Below are positions 35,465 through 45,637 of a stretch of DNA of 64,000 nt, one piece after another; within the stretch, counting starts at the first letter, position 1, and each line of letters opens with the position of its first letter. The DNA is taken from positions 192,001 through 256,000 of the forward strand of contig CAWJPJ010000006.1 of NCBI GenBank assembly GCA_963844715.1, in the 5' to 3' direction. Below the pieces are notes generated by a model. The model worked only from the letters and a program-made list of their open reading frames with translations. It searched no databases and was not told the DNA's origin. The DNA is from an uncultured Phycisphaerales bacterium. GTDB lineage: Bacteria; Planctomycetota; Phycisphaerae; Tepidisphaerales; Tepidisphaeraceae. The translations under genes and the position numbers were made by a program.

Positions 35465-36333
35465 ATGCGCGCACAAACGAATCGGCCTCCTAATATTCCC
35501 TCCCCATGTACTCAGGGGGAGGGCAAGGGTGGGGGTTCCTATGCTTTCGAACTTCATAACGTAGGCGTCCTGAGAGATTCCCGCTGGATCCTAAAAAATA
35601 TAAATTGGCAAGTAACCCCCGGCTCCCTCGCCGCCATCATCGGCCCCAACGGCAGCGGAAAAAGCTCCCTCGCCCGCGTCATCGCCACCCACTGGTGGCC
35701 CACCGCCGGAACCTGCTCCGTCCTAGGCGAACCCTTCGGCCAAGCCAATCTCCCCGAACTCCGCAAAACCATCCGCATGGTCCAACCCGCCGGCCCTTAC
35801 GACGCCGACAACGCCCTCACCGCCAAAGAAACCGTCCTCACCGGCTTCTTCGGAACCGTTGGGTTGTATCAACGCCGATCGCCATCCATGTTGCGTCGAG
35901 CCGCACAGTTGCTCGACCGCGTAGGCCTCGCCGCCGTCGCCAACCACTCCTACCCATCCCTAAGCAGCGGCGAAAAAGTCCGCGCCCTCATCGCCCGAGC
36001 CCTGGTCAACCTGCCTCGTCTTTTGATCTTAGACGAACCCACCGCCGGCCTGGACCTCCGCGCCCGCGAGCAAGTCCTGGCCACCATCCAATCCCTAATG
36101 CAATCCAAAAATCGCCCGACAGTCGTCCTGATCACTCACCACATCGAAGAGCTACCCCCGCTAACCCAAAACGTCCTCCTATTAGACCGAGAAAAACCCG
36201 CAGCCCAAGGCCCCAGGTCCTCAATCCAAAAATCCTGTCGAAAGTCTACGGAGTAAAAGTAGAAGTGACCCAATCCTCAGGAAGATTCTACGCCCAAGTC
36301 CACCCCAGCGCCTGGACGGAGTTGCTAAAATAA
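35465..36333 (+). CDS. ABC transporter ATP-binding protein (ModF/YlmA-like), C-terminal frameshift
   Basis: GPNGSGKS, LSSGEK, LILDEPTAGLD, LITHHIEE. Confidence 0.9.
35498..35535. repeat. CCCTCACCC-family REP in frame within the ABC ATPase N-terminus
   Basis: ccctccccatgtactcagggggagggcaagggtggggg translates as PSPCTQGEGKGGG. Confidence 0.7.
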
Positions 36334-36351
36334 CGCCCTCTCCCCGCATTT

Positions 36352-36382
36352 ACTGGCAACTGGCAACTAACAACTGGCAACT
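36352..36382 (+). repeat. ACTGGCA heptamer element
   Basis: actggca actggca actaaca actggca act; same sequence at 48261-48291 and inverted at 46497-46526. Confidence 0.9.
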
Positions 36383-36386
36383 ATTC

Positions 36387-36755
36387 TCACTTCCCATTTT
36401 TCCCCCGAAACTGCACCGCCATCTCAAACTTCCCATTGCTCAATGGCCGCGACCGAATCACTTCGCAAATCTGCGCCCCATTCGAGTGCCCGTTCCCGAT
36501 CACTTCAATTTTGCAGTTTTGCCCCACGGCCAGCGATTCCTTCAGCAGAAATGAAATCCCGCTGAACGACAAATCGCGCGTCATGATCTCGAACGTCGCA
36601 TTCGCGTTCGCTCCGTCAAGAATGGTAAGAATGGCTTTCCCCTGAACGGGTCTGCGGTTTTCGCGCCGCCGATCGCGATCCTGCAAAGATGACGGCGGAG
36701 GCGTTGGCCGCTGCCCCGATGGGGGCGGGTTAACCGGGTCTGGTAATCGGCTCAT
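36387..36755 (-). CDS. PilZ domain protein
   Basis: RRRENR (RxxxR) and DLSFSG (D/NxSxxG) c-di-GMP-binding motifs. Confidence 0.85.
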   Translation of the reverse strand: MSRLPDPVNPPPSGQRPTPPPSSLQDRDRRRENRRPVQGKAILTILDGANANATFEIMTRDLSFSGISFLLKESLAVGQNCKIEVIGNGHSNGAQICEVIRSRPLSNGKFEMAVQFRGKNGK

Positions 36756-36886
36756 AGGATGTTCCTAAGTTAGCAGATTGCGCGGGATGCAACTCTCCAT
36801 TTAAACCTCACCCACCGCCCGCGCCCGTCCTCCCACACCATATTTAGCGGCGATGCGCAGCACCGCGTTAACCCCCCAAGCTCCCC

Positions 36887-37831
36887 TCAATCCAAATGCA
36901 AAACAGCCTTCCCCAAAAACTCCCGCCCCATCAACTTCTGCGCAACCCCCGCCACATTCCTCCACGAATCCTCCAGCGAGATATGCGGCGTCAATTTTCC
37001 CGACGCAACAAGCCCCACAAGATTTTTCAATCCAATCGATGCCGGCTCACTCAACAGCTCATTAAAGACAATCATACCGTAAAGCGTCTTAGGACCTCCG
37101 GAATAAAATTGCTGCGTATTGATCGTCGGCTCCGCCCCCGCGGTTGTCCCAAAAATAACACAAACCCCGCGCATCCCCAGCATCCCCAGCACCTTCCCAA
37201 AATTCGCGCCCCCAACCGAATCGATGATCAGCCGATACGGACCAAACTCCGCCGCCGGCGATGGATCGTCCCCAGCCGCCACATGCTCGACGCCCAGCGA
37301 CCACGCAAACGCCTCCTTCGCCGGCGATCTCACCAACGCCACCATATTCGCTCCCGCCAATCGTCCCAATTGACAGGCAAAATCCCCCGTCCCACCCGTC
37401 GCCCCCGTTACCAATATCGGCTGATTCAGCAAAAATCCGCCCTTGTAAAGCGCATGCAAAGCCGTCAATCCCGCCACCGGCAACGTCGCCGCCTGGGCAA
37501 ACGAAACCACTTCCGGAACCTCCGCCAGCGCATTCGTCCCCGCCGCGATCACCTCCGCCCAAGCCCCCGTACTGACCAATCCCACCACCCGTGCCCCCAT
37601 CTTCGGCCCCGACCCATCCGCTGCCGCCTGCTCCACGATGCCCGCAAAATCCCATCCCGGCCGAAACCCCGCCGGCGCACTCTGCGACCGCCGAACCTCC
37701 CCCCGATTCAGCGAAATCGACTTCACCCGCACAATCGTCTGATCCCCCCGCGCCGCCGGCCACCCAACTTTCCGAACCACCAATCTCTCCGCCCGATCCG
37801 GATCCACCACCACGGCTTCAATGTCGTTCAT
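36887..37831 (-). CDS. MDR-family (quinone oxidoreductase-like) dehydrogenase
   Basis: SLNRGE, PGWDFAG, AATLPVAGLTA, LVTGATGGTG, GKAVL. Confidence 0.9.
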   Translation of the reverse strand: MNDIEAVVVDPDRAERLVVRKVGWPAARGDQTIVRVKSISLNRGEVRRSQSAPAGFRPGWDFAGIVEQAAADGSGPKMGARVVGLVSTGAWAEVIAAGTNALAEVPEVVSFAQAATLPVAGLTALHALYKGGFLLNQPILVTGATGGTGDFACQLGRLAGANMVALVRSPAKEAFAWSLGVEHVAAGDDPSPAAEFGPYRLIIDSVGGANFGKVLGMLGMRGVCVIFGTTAGAEPTINTQQFYSGGPKTLYGMIVFNELLSEPASIGLKNLVGLVASGKLTPHISLEDSWRNVAGVAQKLMGREFLGKAVLHLD

Positions 37832-37856
37832 AACGTCTCCCAGTCCCGCTCTGGTC

Positions 37857-37896
37857 CCCTCTCCCTGTACTCGGGGAGAGGGTTAGGGTGAGGGGC
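37857..37896. repeat. CCCTCACCC-family REP
   Basis: ccctctccctgtactcggggagagggttagggtgaggggc; near-identical to the reverse complement of 27711-27750. Confidence 0.88.
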
Positions 37897-37940
37897 GATT
37901 TTTCCCTAACGTCAAAGCGTTCCCCTAATACTGAACTCTC

Positions 37941-38270
37941 CTACCATTTTTTAAAAATAACGAACACTGCCAAAGCCATGATCGCAAACCCCGCCAGATG
38001 GTTCCACCGGATCTGCTCCTTCAAATACCACACAGAAAAGAAACTGAACACCTTCAAGGTGATCACTTCCTGAATCGTCTTCAGTTGCACCGCCGAAAAT
38101 TCATACGACCCGATCCGATTCGCCGGAACCTGAAAACAATATTCCAGAAATGCGATCAACCAACTGACGATCACAACCTTCCAAAGCGGCACCTGCCGAT
38201 ATTTCAGATGCCCATACCACGCAAACGTCATGAAAATATTGGAACAAACCAGCAGGCATATGGTAGTCAT
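37941..38270 (-). CDS. DMT-family small membrane protein (DUF486-like)
   Basis: SNIFMTFAWYGHLK, SWLIAFLEYCFQVPANRIG, QLKTIQEVITL. Confidence 0.9.
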   Translation of the reverse strand: MTTICLLVCSNIFMTFAWYGHLKYRQVPLWKVVIVSWLIAFLEYCFQVPANRIGSYEFSAVQLKTIQEVITLKVFSFFSVWYLKEQIRWNHLAGFAIMALAVFVIFKKW

Positions 38271-38317
38271 GCCCGATATGCTGCGCGATCGCGAAAAATC
38301 CCGCCAGAGGCAACTGC

Positions 38318-38922
38318 CTACTGGAATTTGAACCCGTTGATCTTCCAAGCCCCGTTCACTTCGATAAGGAAAACCTGTCCCGTAGCGCTACTCCCGTCGG
38401 AGAATTGGATCTTCACGAAAGAGTTCCCCGTCTTGTTTCCGTTGGCGTTCTGTATCCCCGCGATCGGGCAGGTAACCTTCTGCAAAGTCGGCTTATTCTT
38501 GAACCAGTCCAGCGCTTGCTGAAGCTGATCCGCCGTGACCGGATTCGTGCATTCGGCTGTCACGGCCGCCTGATTTGCGCCGCCAGATCCATGACAAGCT
38601 GGTCCGATGCCGTCCGTAGCGGACCCGTCACCTGCCACCACCCGATTCCCCCCAATCCCCACAACCCGAAATTGACGAAACCGAGGATCAACCCGGCGAC
38701 CGCCATCCCGCGCCCGCGCACCGCCGGGTTCTTCGTCGCGCTGATCCCGGTGATCCCGAATATGATCGCCAGCAAACCGCTCAATCCAGGAATGCAAAGC
38801 AGCAGTCCGCAAACCAGACTGGTGATTGCAAGCCCGCTCGTGCGCCAGGCCATCGGAACCGGATAAGGAGACGGCATGCCGCCCGGCGGATACCCCGCCG
38901 GTGGATAGAGTGGTTGGCTCAT
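38318..38922 (-). CDS. DUF4190-domain membrane protein (frameshifted)
   Basis: Pro-rich N-terminus, TSGLAITSLVCGLL, RGRGMAVAGLILG; C-terminus in ORF 38318..38929. Confidence 0.75.
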
Positions 38923-39022
38923 CCCCCAATCATAAGTCCCCTCCCCAGGGCAACCCCCATCCACACCCCGCTCGCGCCAGCCCCATCCGCGACCGGATTC
39001 CAAACCGCATCCCAATCCTCCC

Positions 39023-39053
39023 GCGAAGCCGGTGCAACTTGTTGCACCGGATC
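39023..39053 (+). repeat. REP of the RAYT-flanking family (covariant stem)
   Basis: GCGAAG-CCGGTGCAAC-TT-GTTGCACCGG-ATC. Confidence 0.85.
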
Positions 39054-39647
39054 CTAATTGAATTCAGCCCGATAAACCTGCAAGTTCACCCCGCGATAGA
39101 TCAAGCTTAAATCCGCCCTCGCCCGGCTACCATCCGCAAATTCAATCTCGCAGGACACTTTCCCGGTGGTGAATCCCGATTGATAATCGACCGAACCGTT
39201 CGATGTCCGAATCGACTTCACCGATCCGCGCTTTTTAAAGAAATCCATGTATCCCCTGATCTGATCGTCGGAGATCGATTCCACGCAGTCCCCCCTCGCG
39301 CTGATAAAGTTGCCCGCCGACAGATCCACAATCAACTGCCGCGACTCGCTCCGCATCGGCCCGGTCGTTCCCCGCCACGAATTGTAAACACATCCCCAGA
39401 ATGCCAGATTGATCACCCCAAGAACAATCCCCGCCACCGCCAGCCTGCCCCCGCGCAACGCCGATTTTCGCGTCGCCAGGATCCCTCCAATCCCCGTACC
39501 GATCGCCGCCAATCCCGTTACCGCCGGAATGCAGACAAACCCGCCCAATACCAAACTGGCGACCGCCAATCGGCTAAGCCGCTGCGAAATCACCCCCGAA
39601 TAATCCGAAGGAAGCGGATTACCGCCCGATTTTGGCGTTTGGCTCAT
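39054..39647 (-). CDS. DUF4190-domain membrane protein, tandem paralog
   Basis: SRLAVASLVLG, RGGRLAVAGIVLG, TGPMR..QLIVDLSAG, IEFADGS; similar to the neighbouring gene. Confidence 0.78.
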   Translation of the reverse strand: MSQTPKSGGNPLPSDYSGVISQRLSRLAVASLVLGGFVCIPAVTGLAAIGTGIGGILATRKSALRGGRLAVAGIVLGVINLAFWGCVYNSWRGTTGPMRSESRQLIVDLSAGNFISARGDCVESISDDQIRGYMDFFKKRGSVKSIRTSNGSVDYQSGFTTGKVSCEIEFADGSRARADLSLIYRGVNLQVYRAEFN

Positions 39648-39686
39648 TCCTCCCATCATAAATCGCACTGTCCCCCAAATCTCGGT

Positions 39687-39715
39687 TTGACAGTTTTCAA
39701 CCGAATGGTATATAT
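39687..39715 (+). promoter_or_regulatory. Sigma70-like promoter for the aroF leader
   Basis: TTGACA (39687-92), then TG-G-TATATAT (39706-15); imperfect -10. Confidence 0.6.
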
Positions 39716-39724
39716 CCTCTTGTG

Positions 39725-39799
39725 ATGAATAAAGGTCGCCAGGGTTACCGCTATTGGTTTACGGGTTACTTTTACCCCGTTACCCATACCGCGTCCTGA
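39725..39799 (+). CDS. Attenuator leader peptide MNKGRQGYRYWFTGYFYPVTHTAS (4 Tyr, 2 Phe, 1 Trp)
   Basis: Read directly from the sequence (below the ORF-track size); 7 aromatic codons within codons 8-17, directly upstream of DAHP synthase. Confidence 0.85.
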   Translation: MNKGRQGYRYWFTGYFYPVTHTAS

Positions 39800-39830
39800 G
39801 CGACCACAACGAACAGTGGATAGAAGATAG

Positions 39831-39861
39831 AGCCTCAGGACAAAATCCTGGGGCTTTTTTT
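39831..39861 (+). terminator. Intrinsic terminator (attenuator 3:4 hairpin)
   Basis: AGCCTCAGGA-CAAAA-TCCTGGGGCT followed by a T run, 20 nt before the aroF ATG. Confidence 0.88.
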
Positions 39862-39881
39862 GTTTTTGAAGGGAGCCCCGG

Positions 39882-40904
39882 ATGATAGTGGTAATGAAAC
39901 CTGGAGCCGACAAAAAGCAGGTCGAGCACGTAATTCATTTGGTGAGAGAAATGGGCCTTAAAGATCACGTCATCGTCGGGGAAGAACGAACCGTGGTCGC
40001 CGTCATCGGCGATGACCGTTTCAAAGATCGTTCCGTCCTCGAATCCGTCGACGGCGTGGACCGCGTCGTCCCCATCCTGGCCCCCTACAAAATGGCTTCC
40101 AAAGAAGTCAAAAAAGATCGCACCACCATTCCATTGGGCGGCAAGCTCAAGGGAACCGTTGGCGGTAAAAAAGTTGCCGTCATTGCCGGCCCATGCAGCG
40201 TGGAAAATAAATCCCAGGTCCTCGAGATCGCCCATGCCGTCAAGGAAGCCGGCGCCGTCGCCCTCCGCGGCGGGGCATTCAAGCCCAGAACGAACCCCTA
40301 TTCATTCCAGGGTCTGGCCGAAAAAGGCCTCGAATTCCTCGCCCTCGCCCGAGAAGAAACCGGCTTGGCCGTCGTCACCGAAGTTATGTCCATCGATCAG
40401 GTGGACCTCGTCGCCAAATATGCGGACGTCCTCCAGGTCGGCGCTCGCAACATGCAAAATTTCAATCTCCTCAACGCCGTGGGCGAGCAGAAAAAGCCCG
40501 TCCTATTAAAGCGAGGCATGAGCGCCACCCTCGAGGAATTTCTCCTCGCCGCCGAATACATCATGGCCAAAGGCAACGCCAACGTCATGCTCTGCGAACG
40601 CGGCATACGCACCTACGAGGAATACGTCCGCAACACCCTGGCCCTGGCCGCAGTCCCCGAACTCCACCGCGTGAGCCATCTCCCCGTCGTAGTCGATCCC
40701 AGCCAGGGCACCGGCAAAAGTTATCTCGTAGACAGCATGTGCCGAGCCGCGGTCGCCGCCGGCGCCGACGCCCTGATCATCGAAGTCCACAACGACCCCG
40801 AGCACGCCCTTACGGATGGCGCCCAATCCATCACGCCAGACCAGTTCGCGGAGACGATGCGCGCCATCCAAAAAATCGCCGCCGCCGTCGACCGCGAGGT
40901 GTAA
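39882..40904 (+). CDS. aroF: DAHP synthase, type I-beta with N-terminal regulatory domain
   Basis: [64 protein letters not shown]. Confidence 0.95.
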   Translation: MIVVMKPGADKKQVEHVIHLVREMGLKDHVIVGEERTVVAVIGDDRFKDRSVLESVDGVDRVVPILAPYKMASKEVKKDRTTIPLGGKLKGTVGGKKVAVIAGPCSVENKSQVLEIAHAVKEAGAVALRGGAFKPRTNPYSFQGLAEKGLEFLALAREETGLAVVTEVMSIDQVDLVAKYADVLQVGARNMQNFNLLNAVGEQKKPVLLKRGMSATLEEFLLAAEYIMAKGNANVMLCERGIRTYEEYVRNTLALAAVPELHRVSHLPVVVDPSQGTGKSYLVDSMCRAAVAAGADALIIEVHNDPEHALTDGAQSITPDQFAETMRAIQKIAAAVDREV

Positions 40905-40974
40905 TCGAACGTCAAAGTTCCCCGATAAACATTTTCTGGAACAAGAAGAGTTCGGCGTGCACGACCATTTCCGT

Positions 40975-43820
40975 CTAATACCCGTTCAAAGTATTACTCC
41001 CCAGCGCAACCGTGGAATCCGTCCCATTGTAAACGATCGCATTCGGATCCGTCGATCCGCCTTGCGGCGCGGTGAACGTATTATTGACGATCAGCGTGCT
41101 CGGATCGTCAAACACATCGATCCCGTTCAACGTCGAGATACTATTCTGTTCGACCACCAGTAGCGTGGTGCTTCCTACGCCCTGCCAGGCCAGCGTGATC
41201 CCCGTCGCCACATCGCCGATGGAGTTATTCCGCACCACATCTCCGACGAAGTCTGTGTACGCGTCATCCGAAGACGTCGCACCGCCTAGCGCTACGCCCA
41301 CCGGGCTATAGATATACGGGCCCGTTTCATCGGGCGAAAGCAGAACCTGGTTGTTCACAATCTGCTGGTAAAACGCCGGCGAATCCAACCCCGGCCACCC
41401 GCTGATCCGCACCCCCTCCGCAAGATTCTCCAGCGTGTTCCCATCCACCACGTTCTGGTACCCGGCAATGCATACGCCGGTGGAAGCCTGCGCGTTCTCG
41501 GCCATTCCCTCCACGCCCGCCATGTCCTGAAGCGTATTCTGATAGACAACACTGTGCGTCATAAAGTTGCCGATCGTGACATAGCTCGTCGAATCCGGCG
41601 TCACCGCCCAATTCCCGGCTATCGTCGCCACGATCGTATCCGTGTCCGTTGCCGCGTCATACGTCGTCGTCTCGCCGGTCACGGTCTCCGTCTGCGCCAG
41701 ACCCGTCCCGCTGGTCACGATCAGTTCCCCGCCTGTCAGCCCCGGCACGCTTCCATGCGGGGCCACCAGCGTTATCGTGTTCGCGGTTGCCGAGCTGGCG
41801 TATCCGCTATACCAAATCGCGTTATTTCCCTCGTTAAGAATCTGCTCCCCCGAGTTCCCCGGATCGACTTGTCCGAGCATCGTCGTGTTCCCCGCGATGT
41901 ACTGGTTGGTCACGTCCCCGAAATCCGTGTTGTATTCGATGAACCGCGACTGCCCAGAACCGTCGGTATTGGTCGTATCCGAATTATTCGCGTTGGCGAC
42001 GTTGCAATTCGTCACGCTCACGTCGTACGTCCCGCCCAGCACCAGTTCCTCTTCCAGGTCGTAGTTTTCGTAAAGATGATCGTTGTTGACGAACGCATCG
42101 TGCGCCACAGCAGATCGATTCCGCCGTAGACCGTGGAGTTTTCCACAGTCACGCCGGAATCACCCTGGAGTATCACCGCCCCCTCGTTGGAGGTGACCGT
42201 CACGCCGTTCAGGACGATGTTCCCGTTATTGATCGACCTGATGAGATCGTTGGCGCCGTTCCATCCGGTCGGAATCCCCGTCGAGACGGTCGCGCCCGCG
42301 TGCTCGATTGTGATCGAGTCAATTTCATTTTCGCCGCTCAGTCCCAGCGCCTGGAGCGCGCCCTGCCCAGGCACATAGGCGATCGCGCCCTGGAATTTCA
42401 ATATCGTGCCCGACTCGCTCTGGCCCAGCAGCCGCACATTTTCGCGCAGCTTCAGCTGCTCGCCGCCGCTCACCAGATAGGTTCCATCGGGGAAATAAAG
42501 CGTGAAATTCTCTGAAGGCGCCGCCGCCTGCGCCGCGTTGAGCGCATTGATCGCAGCGTCGATGGCCGCGCCCGAATCCGCGCTGCCGGTCGGGTCGGCG
42601 CCGTAGTTCACGACGTTAAACACGTTCCCCGCCGCCGTGCTCCACGAGGACGCCGCCGGCGCCATGCTCAGCACCTGCGGCGAACTACCGGACTTGACTT
42701 CCGACCACCCCTCATTCCCGCCGAGGCCGTTATTCACCCAAACATTATAAGTCGTAGTCGCCGAAACAGTCGGGAGCGTGAAGCTCACTTCATAAGGATT
42801 CACAGCGGTGACCGGCGCCCAAATGCCCGCGCTCCCGTCCGTCGGCTGGAGATAAACCCAGGACTCCGGCATCGCCGCGCCGTTCGACAAATTCGTCCCA
42901 TACACCGACATCGTCGCGCCCGAATAACTATCCACCGTCGGCGTCGCCGTCGTTGCACCCAACGATTCGCCGGGCGCGCCGATCCACCAAGCCTGCGTCT
43001 GATTCACCGCCACTGGCGCGCTCGACCCAGTTCCATTCACCGCCCACACCAGATACATCGCATTCGCCGGCAATCCCGCGGGAAGCATAATTGTCACGCC
43101 GTCCGCCGCGGAGACCTCAACCGTCGCGTCCAGATAAGTCCCGTCCGAAGCGCTCGTCTGCCCATAAACGACATACTCCGTCCCGGTATCATCAAGCCCG
43201 CTTCCGGTCAGCGTGATGCTCTGACCGGCGCCGCCCGTCAAACTCGCCGTCGCGATCACCGGCGCGCCCGCTTCCGCGGTGCCCGATTCAAGAACCGGCG
43301 TAAAATCGTTCATCCCGCTGGCGCCCCCGGGATCGGAAACCGGCGAAGAATCGCTATACCCCAACAGCGCCGCGCGAACAGTCTCCGCCGGCGCATCGGC
43401 CACGGGAGCCGGCGCGGCCACCGGCGCGGGAGAAGGCGCCGATGTGGCCGCCGGCGGAGTCGCCGCGGGAGAGTCAGTCGATCCACTCGCGGGTGTCCCC
43501 GAACTCGTCGAAGTTCCAGAAGCCGCCGGCGCGCTCGCCGTCACGGGCTCGCTAGCCGCAACCGGCGCGCTCGTCGAAACAGGCGTAGAAGCCGCGGCGG
43601 GCGCCGAGGGTGAGGTCCCCGGCGCCGATTTCGCCGCGGCTGACGTTAATTGCTGATACGCCGTCCCATTCCCCCAATCCAAAAACCAGTGATCCACCCC
43701 GCGCTGAAACGCCAGCGCCTCGGCGCTCACGCTCAACGTCGCGGTGCTCATGTACTGCCGCTGCTCCAGCGTTTCAAAAACGCCGCGACCTTGACGAGTT
43801 GCTTTTCGATTCATTCGCAT
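40975..43820 (-). CDS. Large extracellular protein: LEPR-like leader, Ala/Pro/Ser/Thr linker, Pectate_lyase_3-like right-handed beta-helix (frameshift near 42110)
   Basis: FETLEQRQYMS; FNVVNYGADPTGSADSGAAIDAAI; LYFPDGTY; LLGQS; Asn-rich beta-helix repeats. Confidence 0.78.
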
Positions 43821-44184
43821 CTTGATGAATACGGGTGTGGCTAAACCCCGCTTCCCACCATCTGTTTCGGGCCGCTTTACATCGGCAATAATTTTCTTCT
43901 TGCAAGAATCGACAGGTGACGATGTGAGGCCCATTCCGCCTATGCCGTCATTCGCGATTCTGTGCCGCGAATCCGCCCCAATAACGCCGTCCCCACCTAC
44001 CACAGTTCAACTCTCGCTCATCCGAGAAACCCATCCCCCCGGCATAATCGTTGCCACTTCAGGTCCAGCTTCCCCCGACCAAAATAATCACAGTACGCGC
44101 GCCGACAAAACTCCTCGCCTCTCTGTAATCCCGCTCGCACTAAAATTCTCCGCGCGCCTTCAAAACACAATTCAAAAGCATTGG

Positions 44185-44400
44185 CACAGAGCACACAGAG
44201 AAAAGATCTTGAAATAAAATGCGAAAGAACAAATACAAAAAGCATTTCTCTGTGCCCTCTGTGTCCTCTGTGCCCTCCGTGCTAATGCCGTTGAACAATC
44301 TGCGGGAACAGATCCAAACCCCTCCTCCCATCCGCGCCCATCCGTGAAATCCGCGGTTCAACTTTTTGCCTTTTCCTGGCGTCCTTGGCGCGTGGCGGTT
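44185..44400. repeat. Mosaic of REP-like repeats (CACAGAG pair, ATCCGCG arm, CTTGGCG arm)
   Basis: cacagagcacacagag ... ctctgtgccctctgtgtcctctgtgccctccgtg; atccgcgcccatccgtgaaatccgcggtt; cctggcgtccttggcgcgtggcggtt. Confidence 0.75.
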
Positions 44401-44450
44401 AAATCCAGTATCATGATCCCTCGAAAATGTCCCCGGAAGGAAACTCACCC

Positions 44451-45441
44451 ATGACCTCTCTCGTCACTGGCGGCGCCGGATTCATCGGCTCACACGTCGC
44501 CGAGGAACTTCTCAAATCCGGCCACCAGGTCGTCATCCTTGATGATCTCTCCGGCGGCTTCCGTGAAAACGTCCCCGCCGGCGCCCGGCTTGTTCAGGCC
44601 TCGATCCTCAATACCCGCGTTTTGTCGCAGGTCTTTGCGGAAAATCATTTCGATTATGTCTTTCACCTCGCCGCTTACGCCGCCGAGGGGCTCTCCCATT
44701 TCATCCGCCGGTTCAACTACGAAAACAACGTCGTCGGCTCGATGAACCTGATCAACGAATCGGTCAAACACCAGATCAAGTGCTTCGTCTTTACCAGCTC
44801 GATCGCCGTCTACGGCCCGGCTCAAACCCCGATGCGCGAAGACATGACGCCCGCCCCTGAAGACCCCTACGGCATAGCCAAATATGCCGTCGAACTCGAC
44901 CTCCACGCCGCCAAAAACATGTTCGATCTCAACTCCATCGTCTTCCGCCCGCACAACGTCTTTGGCGAGCGCCAAAATATCGGCGACCGATACCGCAACG
45001 TCATCGGCATCTTCATGAACCAGATGATGTCCGGCCAGCCCATGACCTTCTTCGGCGACGGCTCCCAAACCCGAGCCTTCTCCTATATCGCCGACGTCGC
45101 CCCTCTCATCGCCAATTCCATCCAAAACCCCGCCGCCCAAAACCGCACCTTCAACGTCGGCGCCGACGCACCCATCTCCCTGAGCGAACTCGCCAAGCTG
45201 GTTGCTGAAGCGATGAACGCCCCCGCGCAAATCAAACACCTCGCCCCGCGCAAAGAGGTCCTCCATGCGGTGGCCGATCATTCGCAGCTAATCCAAGTCT
45301 TCCAATACCAGCCGAGATGGAACATCCATGACGGCCTAAAGCGCATGGCCGACTGGGCCAAAAAAAATCGGCCCCCGCAAACCAAGCACCTTCTCCAACA
45401 TCGAACTGCGCCAAAACCTTCCCGAAGGTTGGGAAACGTGA
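44451..45441 (+). CDS. NAD-dependent epimerase/dehydratase (GalE-like), C-terminal frameshift
   Basis: LVTGGAGFIGSH, FHLAAYAAEGLS, TSSIAVYG, PYGIAK, GDGSQTRAFSY; likely true end FSNIELRQNLPEGWET* at 45441. Confidence 0.9.
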
Positions 45442-45449
45442 TTCATCCC

Positions 45450-45480
45450 GCGAAGCCGGTGTAGCTTGCTGCACCGGATA
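45450..45480 (+). repeat. REP of the RAYT-flanking family
   Basis: GCGAAG-CCGGTGTAGC-TT-GCTGCACCGG-ATA, 8 nt after the inferred epimerase stop. Confidence 0.82.
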
Positions 45481-45637
45481 CACCCGTCGCCACCAACGCC
45501 AGACTGACACGATCGACCCACCTCCATTCCAGCTCATTTCCCCCTTCACGCGTTCTGATTTGATTCTGGTTTCGGGTTTCGGGCTTTGCCCGCGCCGCCC
45601 CCTCATCTAGAATCAATCGCGAAGGCTGATCCGCGCT

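Noticed and set aside
43830..44180. Riboswitch or ncRNA upstream of the beta-helix gene
   Set aside because: Long intergenic region, but no recognisable aptamer consensus or terminator
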